From Verrucomicrobiia bacterium (GTDB lineage Bacteria > Verrucomicrobiota > Verrucomicrobiia > Limisphaerales > UBA1100), in assembly GCA_014239365.1 (NCBI GenBank), contig JAAZZB010000049.1:32641-96640 (forward strand): 64,000 nt of DNA, written 5' to 3'. This document shows positions 1 to 8,365 of this stretch, piece by piece. The notes beneath the pieces are model-generated. The model had not been told where the DNA came from and ran no database searches. It was given only the letters and a program-made list of their open reading frames with translations. A program made the position numbers and the translations under genes. The first letter of the stretch is position 1, and each line of letters begins with the position of its first letter.

Positions 1-89
1 CTCTTCGCCGGTGCGAAAGTAATAAAGCATTTGCACCACAAAAAACGGCACCAATATGATGCGGCCAATCGTGACTTTGTTGGCGGTGG

Positions 90-1448
90 TCATCCTTCTA
101 TTGATTCACCTGATTCGTCCATCCGTGCCAATGCGCGATCGAACCGCGCCAGCACGCAATCGCGGCCGAGCACGGCCATTAGATCGTACAGGCTCGGGCC
201 GATTTTCACGCCGGTGCAAGCGCAGCGTGCGGGCATTACCAGCGCGCGGATTTTTACGTCGAGTTTCTCTGCTAATGCTTTGAGCTCGGTTTCCATCGGC
301 TCGGGCTCGAAAGATTCGAGGTTGGCAAAAAGTTCGCGGAGTTTGGCAAAGCCCTCTTTATTTTCCGGCGCAAAGGCTTTTGCGGCCATTGCTTCGTCGT
401 ACTCAAACGTGTCAGTGAAATAGAATGCGCAATACTCAGCCAAGTCGCCGACTTGTTTCACTTTGTTTTGGCAAGTGAGCAAGGCCGCCTCGATGTAATC
501 CTCGGCGGCATCGCCAAAGTCCACGCCGGCCTCGGTGGCGAGTTGGCGGTAGCGGGGCATCGGCAAGTTGCGCAGGTGCTCGTAATTCATCCACTGCATT
601 TTCTCCACATCGAAGCGGGCATTCGCGCGGTTGATTTGCGGGAGGTCAAAGCGCTCGATGAGCTCGGCCACGGGCATCATCTGCGAATCATCCTTGGGCG
701 ACCATCCGAGGAGGCTGAGATAATTGACCACCGCCTCGGGCACGCAATGGGTTTGCTGCCAGGCATCGAGCGATGCGCCGTCGTCGCGCTTGCTCATTTT
801 GCTGCCGTCGCTGTTTAAGATCAACGGGATGTGCGCGAAGGCGGGCGGCTCCGCGCCCAACGCGCGGAAGAGCGCGATGTGCTTGGCGGTATTGGACAAA
901 TGATCCTCGCCGCGAATAACGTGCGTGATGCCCATCTCGAGGTCGTCGATGACGTTGACCAAATGGAACACCGGCTTGCCGTCCGAACGCACGATGACGA
1001 AGTCCGGCTGTTCCTCTTCACGATCAGTCAGCTCGCGCACGACATCGCCACAAACCAAATCCGGAATCGTAATCGCCTCGCGCTGCATGCGAAAGCGGAT
1101 GGCACCTTCGTGCTCGTACGCCAATCCCTTTTCCTTGAGCGCCTCAATGTGGCGCGCATAAATTTCGCCACGTTGCGATTGGAAGTACGGCCCGCGATCG
1201 CCTTTGCTTTCGCCGCCGGGAGTATTGCTCGCGGGGCCTTCGTCCCAATCGAGCCCCAGCCAACGAAGGCCTTCGAGGATGACATTGATGGCTTCGGGCG
1301 TGTTGCGTTCCTCGTCAGTATCTTCAATGCGCAGCACAAACTGGCCGCCGGTGTGGCGCGCGTAAAGCCAGTTGAAGAGCGCCGTGCGCGCGCCGCCAAT
1401 GTGAAGGTGACCAGTGGGACTGGGGGCGAATCGAACGCGGGTACTCAT
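90..1448 (-). CDS. gltX: glutamate--tRNA ligase (GluRS)
   Basis: 452-aa ORF. The N-terminus RFAPSPTGHLHIGGARTALFNWLYAR carries the class-I HIGH motif and a KMSKS-type loop is present (DGSKMSKRD). Length and motif order match bacterial GluRS. Confidence 0.9.
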   Translation of the reverse strand: MSTRVRFAPSPTGHLHIGGARTALFNWLYARHTGGQFVLRIEDTDEERNTPEAINVILEGLRWLGLDWDEGPASNTPGGESKGDRGPYFQSQRGEIYARHIEALKEKGLAYEHEGAIRFRMQREAITIPDLVCGDVVRELTDREEEQPDFVIVRSDGKPVFHLVNVIDDLEMGITHVIRGEDHLSNTAKHIALFRALGAEPPAFAHIPLILNSDGSKMSKRDDGASLDAWQQTHCVPEAVVNYLSLLGWSPKDDSQMMPVAELIERFDLPQINRANARFDVEKMQWMNYEHLRNLPMPRYRQLATEAGVDFGDAAEDYIEAALLTCQNKVKQVGDLAEYCAFYFTDTFEYDEAMAAKAFAPENKEGFAKLRELFANLESFEPEPMETELKALAEKLDVKIRALVMPARCACTGVKIGPSLYDLMAVLGRDCVLARFDRALARMDESGESIEG

Positions 1449-1487
1449 TGATTGGTTGATGATATTGGGTTGAGGGTTGATGGAATT

Positions 1488-1871
1488 TTACCAGCCATGG
1501 CGTTTTACTTTTTTAACTTTATCAAAATGGACATCGCGGCTGACGACCGGCAGATGATGCTGCCGCGCCAAAGCGGCGATCCATAAATCATTTTGTGGTA
1601 TGGGCCGACCCTCCTGCCGCAGTTCCTCGCGGATGTCGGCGTAATGTTGAGCGGTTTCGCCGTCAATGGAAAGAATTTCAAATTCCTGCATTCGTTCAGC
1701 CAGCCACGCCTCATAAGCTTCACGATGACGTGAGGCCAAAATTCCATAACTGAATTCACCCAAAACAATCACTGGCAATTGATGACCTGGCGCGCCTTCA
1801 AGCACGCGGCACACCTCCTCATTACCATCCGCAAAAGCCGACAGTGCGTTGGTATCAAGGATCACTCCCAA
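1488..1871 (-). CDS. vapC: PIN-domain toxin (VapC-like)
   Basis: 127-aa ORF starting MGVILDTNALSAFADG (PIN N-terminal Asp), with later acidic positions (NDLWIAA, SRDVHF). It overlaps the upstream small ORF by 10 nt, as in type II TA pairs. Confidence 0.75.
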   Translation of the reverse strand: MGVILDTNALSAFADGNEEVCRVLEGAPGHQLPVIVLGEFSYGILASRHREAYEAWLAERMQEFEILSIDGETAQHYADIREELRQEGRPIPQNDLWIAALARQHHLPVVSRDVHFDKVKKVKRHGW

Positions 1872-2122
1872 TCCTCCTTTTCAATGGGACGGAAATCAGG
1901 CGCATCAAAAACAGCATCCAATTCCTCGCGCGCGCCGGGATACTTTTTCATCACTCCAAAACCCTTCATCCATTTCGGCTTCTCTTTCGAACCCTCCGGA
2001 CTCTTTTCAACCTGTTGCTGTACGGCTTCATTGACAAACTGCTTCATAGATTTGCCCTGAAGCGCGGCCTTAGCTTTTGCTTGGCGGAAGAGGGCGTCGG
2101 GCATTTCGACTGTGGTTTTCAT
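1862..2122 (-). CDS. putative antitoxin partner of VapC (family unassigned)
   Basis: 86-aa charged ORF directly upstream of and overlapping vapC. The call rests on position and size only. Confidence 0.5.
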   Translation of the reverse strand: MKTTVEMPDALFRQAKAKAALQGKSMKQFVNEAVQQQVEKSPEGSKEKPKWMKGFGVMKKYPGAREELDAVFDAPDFRPIEKEDWE

Positions 2123-2140
2123 AGACCCATTTTTACGGTT

Positions 2141-3133
2141 TTACGGGTTTGAGTCAAGTTTTCTGTTTTTTGTGCAGGTTTTGTGGGTTATTTTGCTTAT
2201 TAAATTTACCAGTGCCTCAAGCCGCGGAACGGGCACGCCGATGGCTTGGGCTTGGCGGAGGGGTTCGTGGAACATCGTTTCCATTTCTAAGGGCTGGCCG
2301 TTTTCAAAATCGATCAATGTAGACGCGCGATACTCGCCCATGGCGCGGGTGCGTTCGATCATTGCATTCGCCAGCGCGGGATCGAGGGCGAGGCCTTTGG
2401 CGTTGGCGGCGGTGATGATTTCGTCCATCAACGCGCGCACCCAGTTTTCCCATTTTGGATCGGCCAGTAATTGGTCGGTGGGCCAAACAGAGCCGAGGGA
2501 TTCGGGAATGGGCGCGCCTTCGAGGGCGGGCAAACCGGCGGCGGCAGCAACGCCGAGGCCGTTGAAGGGGATGTTCCAAACGAGTTTTTCCCAGAGGCCT
2601 TGTTCGAGATTGTCGACTACCGCGCAAGGCACGCCGGATTCCTTGAAGAGTGCGGCAAAGGCGCGGGTGCGTTTTTGGGGTGGGCGGGTGTGTTCGCCCA
2701 TAATGATTTTGCCAAAGGCGAGGTGCTGGATCACACCGGGCGCGGTTCGGTTGAGGCAAACGAAGCACAGTCCACCGAGGATTTTTTCCGCGCCAAAAAG
2801 TTCGGCGAGCTGTTCACAATTACCTAGGCCATTTTGCAGGCAAAGGATGGCGGTGCGTTTCCCCACGAGTGGGCTGATGAGTTTGGCGTAGTGTTCGTTG
2901 GCAGTGCTCTTGAGCGCGACGAGCACGAGATCGCATGGGCCGATGGCTTCGGGGGTGTCGTGCGCGGGCGGGTTCACGGTGAAATCGCCCTCGGGACTTT
3001 GAATGCGGAGGCCGTTGGATTTGACCGCCTCGTAATCGCCGCGCAGCAAAAAGTGTACGTCCTCGCCCGTGCGACAGAGTTTGCCGCCATAAAAGCCGCC
3101 CACCGCGCCCGCGCCGATCACCCCGATTTTCAT
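2141..3133 (-). CDS. panE: 2-dehydropantoate 2-reductase (ApbA/PanE family)
   Basis: 330-aa ORF with an N-terminal Rossmann motif MKIGVIGAGAVGGFYGG. Overall length and layout match ketopantoate reductases. Confidence 0.75.
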   Translation of the reverse strand: MKIGVIGAGAVGGFYGGKLCRTGEDVHFLLRGDYEAVKSNGLRIQSPEGDFTVNPPAHDTPEAIGPCDLVLVALKSTANEHYAKLISPLVGKRTAILCLQNGLGNCEQLAELFGAEKILGGLCFVCLNRTAPGVIQHLAFGKIIMGEHTRPPQKRTRAFAALFKESGVPCAVVDNLEQGLWEKLVWNIPFNGLGVAAAAGLPALEGAPIPESLGSVWPTDQLLADPKWENWVRALMDEIITAANAKGLALDPALANAMIERTRAMGEYRASTLIDFENGQPLEMETMFHEPLRQAQAIGVPVPRLEALVNLISKITHKTCTKNRKLDSNP

Positions 3134-3158
3134 TCCAAAAACCTCTGGAATTTTCCCA

Positions 3159-3188
3159 ATAAAAAAGGCGCCCCCGTGGGAGCGCCTT
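3159..3188 (-). terminator. rho-independent terminator after HU gene
   Basis: The minus strand reads AAGGCGCTCCCACGGGGGCGCCTTTTTTATT, a GC stem-loop followed by a T-run. It lies about 17 nt downstream of the HU stop. Confidence 0.55.
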
Positions 3189-3205
3189 GATTAGAAAGGA
3201 GCTGG

Positions 3206-3493
3206 TTAGCCGAGGATTTCCTCTTTAGCCGCCTTGAGGAAGGTGAACTTCAGCTTGGTTTTGGCAGCCACGTTGATCGTTTCACCTTTTTTCGGGCCGA
3301 AAGCCATCACCATTGTGCGGGCTTTGGTTTGCCGGACAGACACTTTGCCGATGCCGGGGATGACAAAGCCATCGTTGGCATTGGCATACGCCAAGCTGGC
3401 AATTGCGTCCATGGCCGCCTTGGCCTGAACTTTTGAGATATCGGCCGCTTCTGCGACTGCTGCAATGGTTGCGGTTTTAGTAATTTTCGCCAT
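3206..3493 (-). CDS. hup: HU-family DNA-binding protein
   Basis: 95-aa ORF with the typical HU layout (AKAAMDAI..., beta-arm GKVSVRQTKARTMVMAFGPKKGETINVAAKTKLKF). Confidence 0.85.
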   Translation of the reverse strand: MAKITKTATIAAVAEAADISKVQAKAAMDAIASLAYANANDGFVIPGIGKVSVRQTKARTMVMAFGPKKGETINVAAKTKLKFTFLKAAKEEILG

Positions 3494-3690
3494 ATGTATT
3501 TCTCCTTAGGTTAAGTTGTTGCCGCGTTGTTGTCGCGCTGCGAACTGCGGGGAGTAAAAGGACACCGAGCGCCATTCCGCAAGGGAAAAACAACGTTGAG
3601 GCCGAAAAGATATTCGCAATTATCCCTGTTTTCTAAGCACAAGCTTGACTTGACAGCCCGTTTCAACACCATCGCCCTCGTCTGCGCCCT

Positions 3691-4599
3691 GTGAAAAACA
3701 CCCCAAAAACCGTGACCCTCGGCCTGCTACAACACGCTTGTGGCACTGATCCGAAGGCCAATCTGGCCGCCACGCTGGAGACCGCCCGCGCCGCGGCCCG
3801 CAATGGCGCGCAGATCATTTGCACCCAAGAACTCTTCGCCACGCAGTACTTTTGCCAGAGCGAAAACCACGGTAATTTCGGGCTCGCAGAGCCTATTCCG
3901 GGGCCAACCACCGAGGCGTTCCAAACGCTCGCGCGCGAGGAAAAGGTGGTGGTCATCGCCTCACTTTTCGAGCAACGCGCGCCGGGGATCTTCCACAATA
4001 CCGCCGCCATCATCGATGCCGACGGCGCGCTGCTGGGCACTTACCGCAAAATGCACATTCCGGACGACCCACTGTATTACGAGAAATTTTACTTCACGCC
4101 CGGCGATGCCTGTGAAAATGGCTTCCACGCATGGGAAACCGCGTTTGGCAAAATCGGCGTGTTGATTTGCTGGGACCAATGGTACCCCGAGGCCGCGCGA
4201 TTGACGGCACTGGCAGGCGCGGAAATCATCCTCATCCCCACCGCCATCGGTTGGCATCCCGCCGAGAAAGCCGCCGAAGGCGTCGCCCAGCACGATGCGT
4301 GGCAAACCATACAGCGCAGCCACGCCATCGCCAACGGCTGTTTTGTGGCGGCAGTGAATCGCATCGGGCACGAGGCTCCCGCTGGCGGCACGAGCGAGGA
4401 AGGCATTGAGTTTTGGGGGCAAAGTTTTGTGGCCGCGCCCAGTGGCGAAGTCATCGCCCAAGCCCCCGCCGATCAACCCGAAACGCTGCTCGTGCAGGCG
4501 AACCTCGCGCAAGTGCACGAAGCGCGTACACACTGGCCTTTCCTGCGCGACCGCCGCATCGACGCCTACGGCGGCATCACGGAACGCTTTCTGGACTGA
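3691..4599 (+). CDS. aguB: carbon-nitrogen hydrolase, N-carbamoylputrescine amidase-like
   Basis: 302-aa ORF with a GTG start. Nitrilase-superfamily motifs are present: TQELF (Glu), YRKMHIPD (Lys), GVLICWDQWYPE (Cys). The C-terminus WPFLRDRRIDAYGGI is typical of AguB-type enzymes. Confidence 0.7.
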   Translation: MKNTPKTVTLGLLQHACGTDPKANLAATLETARAAARNGAQIICTQELFATQYFCQSENHGNFGLAEPIPGPTTEAFQTLAREEKVVVIASLFEQRAPGIFHNTAAIIDADGALLGTYRKMHIPDDPLYYEKFYFTPGDACENGFHAWETAFGKIGVLICWDQWYPEAARLTALAGAEIILIPTAIGWHPAEKAAEGVAQHDAWQTIQRSHAIANGCFVAAVNRIGHEAPAGGTSEEGIEFWGQSFVAAPSGEVIAQAPADQPETLLVQANLAQVHEARTHWPFLRDRRIDAYGGITERFLD

Positions 4600-5408
4600 T
4601 GAACTACCGCGGACGCATCGCCCCCACGCCCACCGGCTATTTGCATTTGGGCCACGCGCGCACATTTTGGACCGCGCAAGAACGCGCGCGCGCACACAAC
4701 GGCACCCTGCTCTATCGCAACGAAGACCTCGACCCCGCGCGCTGCAAACCCGAATTCCGCGAAACCACTCTGGAAGACCTCCGCTGGCTCGGCCTCGAAT
4801 GGCAAGGCGAACCCATCGACCAATCCAAACGCATGCCCGAATACCGCGCCGCCTTTGAACAACTCCGCGCCAGCGGCCAACTCTTCCCCTGCGCCTGTTC
4901 CCGCAAAGACATCCGCGAAGCCACCACCGCCCCACACAGTGAAGACGGCGAACCCATCTACCCCGGCATCTGCCGTTCCAATCCATCAACCCTCAACCCT
5001 CAACCCTCAACCAACCACAACTGGCGTTTCCGTGTACCCGAAAACGAGCCCATCAAATTCACGGACGCCCATTTCGGCCCGCAACAATTCATCGCCGGAA
5101 AAGATTTTGGTGACTTCCCCGTTTGGCAAAAAAACGGACTGCCCTCCTATCAACTCGCCGTGGTGGTGGATGACGCCGCAATGGAAATTACCGAAGTGGT
5201 TCGTGGCGCAGATTTGCTCGTCTCCACCGCGCGACAGCTTTTGCTGTACCGCGCGCTGGGCCTCACGCCGCCGGCGTTTTACCACTGTGAATTGATGTGC
5301 GACGAACACGGCAACCGCCTCGCCAAACGCAATGACGCGCTCAGTTTGCGTGAGTTAAGAGCCAACGGAAACACGCCGGAAGCGTTGCGGGCGCGTTGGA
5401 AAAAATGA
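4599..5408 (+). CDS. gluQ: tRNA glutamyl-Q(34) synthetase (GluQ-RS)
   Basis: 269 aa from ATG 4599, which overlaps the amidase stop (TGATG). RIAPTPTGYLHLGHARTF is a HIGH-type motif. It is a GluRS-like catalytic core without an anticodon-binding domain. The 4413-4598 part of the tracked ORF overlaps aguB and is not used. Confidence 0.8.
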   Translation: MNYRGRIAPTPTGYLHLGHARTFWTAQERARAHNGTLLYRNEDLDPARCKPEFRETTLEDLRWLGLEWQGEPIDQSKRMPEYRAAFEQLRASGQLFPCACSRKDIREATTAPHSEDGEPIYPGICRSNPSTLNPQPSTNHNWRFRVPENEPIKFTDAHFGPQQFIAGKDFGDFPVWQKNGLPSYQLAVVVDDAAMEITEVVRGADLLVSTARQLLLYRALGLTPPAFYHCELMCDEHGNRLAKRNDALSLRELRANGNTPEALRARWKK

Positions 5409-5759
5409 CTACTCCTCATTGACCAATGCATGACCGGGGATCGTGCAATTGGGCGGATTGGTGAGGCCAGTTACAATGTACTTTCCCTCAGACGGGCACA
5501 CGAGTGCGTTGCCGTCTTTTAAATACGGAATGATTTCCTCCAGCGTGACAGCGGACAAAGTATCCTTACCATTATCGAGCTGCCAAATGCGCATGGCCGT
5601 ATCAATCTCACGGAGATTTTTTACGCAGATCAGAATACTGCGATCCTGTTTATCGCCCACCGTGTACGGGAAAAACACCGCCAAAGCCAGCCCCAGCACG
5701 GCTCCCCCCAGCAGCCATTCCGCCAAACCGAATCCGCGCGTTTCGTTTGACGCGGCCAA
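5409..5759 (-). CDS. prepilin-like (pseudopilin) protein, paralog of the next gene
   Basis: 116 aa with a TTG start. The N-terminus TRG/FGLAEWLLGGAVLGLALAV has Gly at -1 and Glu at +5. The C-terminal half aligns by eye with the neighbour (C..NL..I..A......N.K...VT.E.I..Y......CP..G.Y.V). Confidence 0.5.
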   Translation of the reverse strand: MAASNETRGFGLAEWLLGGAVLGLALAVFFPYTVGDKQDRSILICVKNLREIDTAMRIWQLDNGKDTLSAVTLEEIIPYLKDGNALVCPSEGKYIVTGLTNPPNCTIPGHALVNEE

Positions 5760-5762
5760 GGA

Positions 5763-6122
5763 TTATCGCCCCTCCTCTTCTTCCTCGTCTTCGTTCAACG
5801 TGTGAGCATTGATGGAGCAAACCGGATCCTCACCCACGGTGCTGACTTCGTATGTGCCCCCCGCAGGACACTTCGGCTCACGCGTCATATACTTTACGAT
5901 ATCCTCCATCGTCACCTCGTGATCTTCAGTTTTATTTTCCCGCAAAGCAAACATCGCAATCGCTCCGCGAATATTTGTGAGATTAGTTTTGCAACCGGTG
6001 ATTTGCCCCTGCTTGCGAGCCTCGACAAGATTGGGAATCGCCACCGCAGCCAACAGACCGATGATGGCCACCACAATCATAATTTCCACCAAAGTGAAAC
6101 CGCGTGAATTTGTTTTTTTCAT
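5763..6122 (-). CDS. prepilin-type N-terminal cleavage/methylation domain protein (type IV pilin/pseudopilin)
   Basis: The internal start gives MKKTNSRG/FTLVEIMIVVAIIGLLAAVAIPN, the canonical class III signal. It has a C-terminal acidic tail NEDEEEEEGR. The upstream 17 codons of the tracked ORF are probably not translated. Confidence 0.7.
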   Translation of the reverse strand: MKKTNSRGFTLVEIMIVVAIIGLLAAVAIPNLVEARKQGQITGCKTNLTNIRGAIAMFALRENKTEDHEVTMEDIVKYMTREPKCPAGGTYEVSTVGEDPVCSINAHTLNEDEEEEEGR

Positions 6123-6197
6123 TTTAATAACCCCTCTGCGAAGGTGTGTAGCATAGACGCCAATTTGTGGCAATACGTTACCGCGCGCAGCGCGTCA

Positions 6198-7184
6198 CTA
6201 CCGGCTCGTGCAAACCGGGCACGCTTCCACCCAATGGCCGGGGGAAATTTCCTTAAACGGCGACAGCGTTTCGATCAACTCCGGTGGGTGTTCGGATCCG
6301 CTTCGGGGGGCGAAGCGGCAACCGTCCGGCGGGTCAATCGGCGTGGGCACATCGCCCTCCAGGATCACACGGTCGGGCACGTGGGTGGGGTCCGGCACGG
6401 GAATGGCTGAGATCAGCGCTTTGGTGTAGGCGTGCACGGGGTTGTTGTAAATTTCCTCAGCCGGCGCCAGCTCCACGATGCGGCCGAGGTACATCACCGC
6501 GATGCGATCGCTAATGTGTTTCACCACCGCCAAATCGTGCGAGATGAACAAATAGCTCAAACCCATTTCGCGTTGCAACTCCATCAACAAGTTTAACACC
6601 TGACTTTGGATGGAAACATCCAGCGCGCTCACCGGTTCATCGCAAATCAACAGGCGCGGCTTCAGCGCCAGCGCGCGCGCGATGCCGATGCGCTGCCGTT
6701 GCCCGCCGGAAAATTCAAAGGGATAACGCCCCGCCGCCGATTCCGGCAAGCCCACCTTGGCCAACAGCTCACCCACCCACTGCCGCCGCTCCGCGCGCGT
6801 GCCCATTTTGTGAATCACAAACGGCTCCTCCACGATGGCCCCCACCGTGTGACGCGGGTTGAGGCTCTCATACGGATCCTGAAAAATCATTTGGATCTCG
6901 CGCCGGAAAGGCTTCAGTTGGCCGCGCGAAAGGTTCGCCAATTCGTTCCCTTCAAATTCGATGCCGCCGCTCGTGGGTTCGTAAAGCCGCGCAATCGTCT
7001 TGCCGAGCGTGCTCTTGCCGCAACCACTCTCGCCAACGAGCCCCAGCGTTTCGCCCGGCTCAATGCTGAGGCTCACCCCATCCACCGCCTTACACGCCGC
7101 CACCGCGCGTTGGAACACGCCGCCCTTTACAGGAAAATGCATCCGCAATTCGTCCGTCGATAAAATGGGCGTGCCGTTGTTCAT
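6198..7184 (-). CDS. ABC transporter ATP-binding protein (OppF/DppF type)
   Basis: Walker [10 protein letters not shown], signature [15 protein letters not shown] and Walker [13 protein letters not shown] are present, plus the C-terminal oligopeptide-type extension. The start is chosen at [17 protein letters not shown]. Confidence 0.85.
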   Translation of the reverse strand: MNNGTPILSTDELRMHFPVKGGVFQRAVAACKAVDGVSLSIEPGETLGLVGESGCGKSTLGKTIARLYEPTSGGIEFEGNELANLSRGQLKPFRREIQMIFQDPYESLNPRHTVGAIVEEPFVIHKMGTRAERRQWVGELLAKVGLPESAAGRYPFEFSGGQRQRIGIARALALKPRLLICDEPVSALDVSIQSQVLNLLMELQREMGLSYLFISHDLAVVKHISDRIAVMYLGRIVELAPAEEIYNNPVHAYTKALISAIPVPDPTHVPDRVILEGDVPTPIDPPDGCRFAPRSGSEHPPELIETLSPFKEISPGHWVEACPVCTSR

Positions 7185-7196
7185 ACGCGTAATGTG

Positions 7197-7336
7197 CTGT
7201 CGGCATCCTGCCGGCAGGCCAAAGATTTCCAAAACACCAAATCAGGTAGGGCGTGCTCTTCGATCGCGCTGCGGAGGTTTTGGGGAAACTGCCCTACCGT
7301 TCGAAAGTCAATGATCTGCCGGCAAGATGCCGGCAG
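7197..7336. repeat. cluster of REP-like palindromes between the two ATPase genes
   Basis: Hairpins CTGTCGGCATCCTGCCGGCAG (7197-7217) and CTGCCGGCAAGATGCCGGCAG (7316-7336) flank GGTAGGGCGTGCTC...GCCCTACC (7245-7298). The latter recurs at 49782-49835. Confidence 0.6.
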
Positions 7337-7368
7337 CACGTGGACGCCACAGATGTTCGTTGGTATTT

Positions 7369-8364
7369 TCATCCTCGTGTACAAACCGGACACGCCTCCA
7401 CCCAATGATCCGAAGCGATTTCTTTTAACGACTGGCGTTCCACCAACAACTCCGGTGCGTGCTCGCGGCCGCTGCGGGGGGCGAAGCGACAGCCGGGTTT
7501 TAATTCGCTCAGCGCGGGCACCATTCCATCAATAGTTTGTAGCTCGCTCTTGGGCGTGCCGTTGAGGCGCGGGATGGAGCTGAGCAAACCCTGCGTGTAG
7601 GCGTGGCGCGGGTTGGCGAAAAGCTCCCGCACCGGCGCGCGCTCCACCACGCGTCCGGCGTACATCACGCACACCTCGTCGCACGTCTCGGCGATGACGC
7701 CGAGGTCATGCGTGATAAGCACCACGGACATCCCGAGATCGCGCTGGAGATGATTGATGAGCTCCAAAATCTGCGCTTGAATGGTGACGTCCAGCGCGGT
7801 GGTTGGTTCATCGGCGATGACCAATTCCGGCCCGCACGCGAGCGCGATGGCGATGACCACCCGCTGGCGCATCCCGCCCGAAAGTTGATGCGGATATTCC
7901 GTGGCGCGAATTTCCGGCGAAGGGATGCCCACTTTGTCGAGCATCTCCACCGCCTTTTGCCACGCATCATCCGGTGACATTTCATTATGTTGCGTGAGCA
8001 CTTCGCAAATCTGTTTACCAATGCGATGCACCGGATTGAGCGCAGTCATCGGCTCCTGAAAAATCATCGAGATCCGATTGCCGCGAATGGCGCGCATATC
8101 TTCCGCCGTAACCGTGGCCAGATTACGCCCATCAAAGAGCACCTCGCCCTTCAGAATTTTCCCCATCGGCTGCGGCAGCAGCCGCATAATTGACATCGCG
8201 GTGACGCTCTTGCCGCAGCCGCTCTCACCCACGATGCCCAGCGTTCGGCCTTTGCGCACGTCAAAGCTCACGCCATCCACGGCAGTGAGCTGACCGGCAT
8301 CGGTGTCGAACGCCGTGGTGAGATCGCTCACCCGCAGGAGAATGTCGGAATCAAGCTCGGCCAC
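7369..8364 (-). CDS. ABC transporter ATP-binding protein (OppD/DppD type)
   Basis: Walker [10 protein letters not shown], signature [15 protein letters not shown] and Walker [13 protein letters not shown] are present. The start is chosen at GTG 8364, 1 nt after the SBP stop, because the longer tracked ORF overlaps the SBP gene by 100 nt. Confidence 0.85.
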   Translation of the reverse strand: MAELDSDILLRVSDLTTAFDTDAGQLTAVDGVSFDVRKGRTLGIVGESGCGKSVTAMSIMRLLPQPMGKILKGEVLFDGRNLATVTAEDMRAIRGNRISMIFQEPMTALNPVHRIGKQICEVLTQHNEMSPDDAWQKAVEMLDKVGIPSPEIRATEYPHQLSGGMRQRVVIAIALACGPELVIADEPTTALDVTIQAQILELINHLQRDLGMSVVLITHDLGVIAETCDEVCVMYAGRVVERAPVRELFANPRHAYTQGLLSSIPRLNGTPKSELQTIDGMVPALSELKPGCRFAPRSGREHAPELLVERQSLKEIASDHWVEACPVCTRG

Positions 8365-8365
8365 G

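Noticed and set aside
3961-4989. A 342-aa minus-strand ORF spanning the aguB/gluQ junction. Comparable ORFs are the 288-aa one at 13623-14489 and the 302-aa one at 34728-35636.
   Set aside because: They are antisense to well-supported genes (CN-hydrolase/GluQ-RS, the MqnA-like gene, the DUF1080 gene). They are Arg/Gly/Val-rich with no motifs. One of them reads straight through the GC-rich palindromic repeat.
4984-5012. A heptamer run, TCAACCC x3, inside gluQ. Related TCAACCCTCAAC motifs lie at about 1462-1480 (reverse) and 25958-25988.
   Set aside because: It is too short and inconsistent in orientation relative to genes to call a regulatory site or element. Within gluQ it simply encodes a variable loop (STLNPQPST). 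I note it only as a possible sixth micro-repeat.
5763-6173. While hand-translating 6060-6181 I obtained a 1-nt offset, which would imply an apparent frameshift in the pilin gene.
   Set aside because: The supplied ORF track reads through on both strands (5763-6173 minus, 5802-6107 plus, 6144-6410 plus). It agrees with my counts on either side. I attribute the offset to my manual counting and used the track coordinates. Expect an uncertainty of 1 nt or more in hand-derived repeat coordinates generally.
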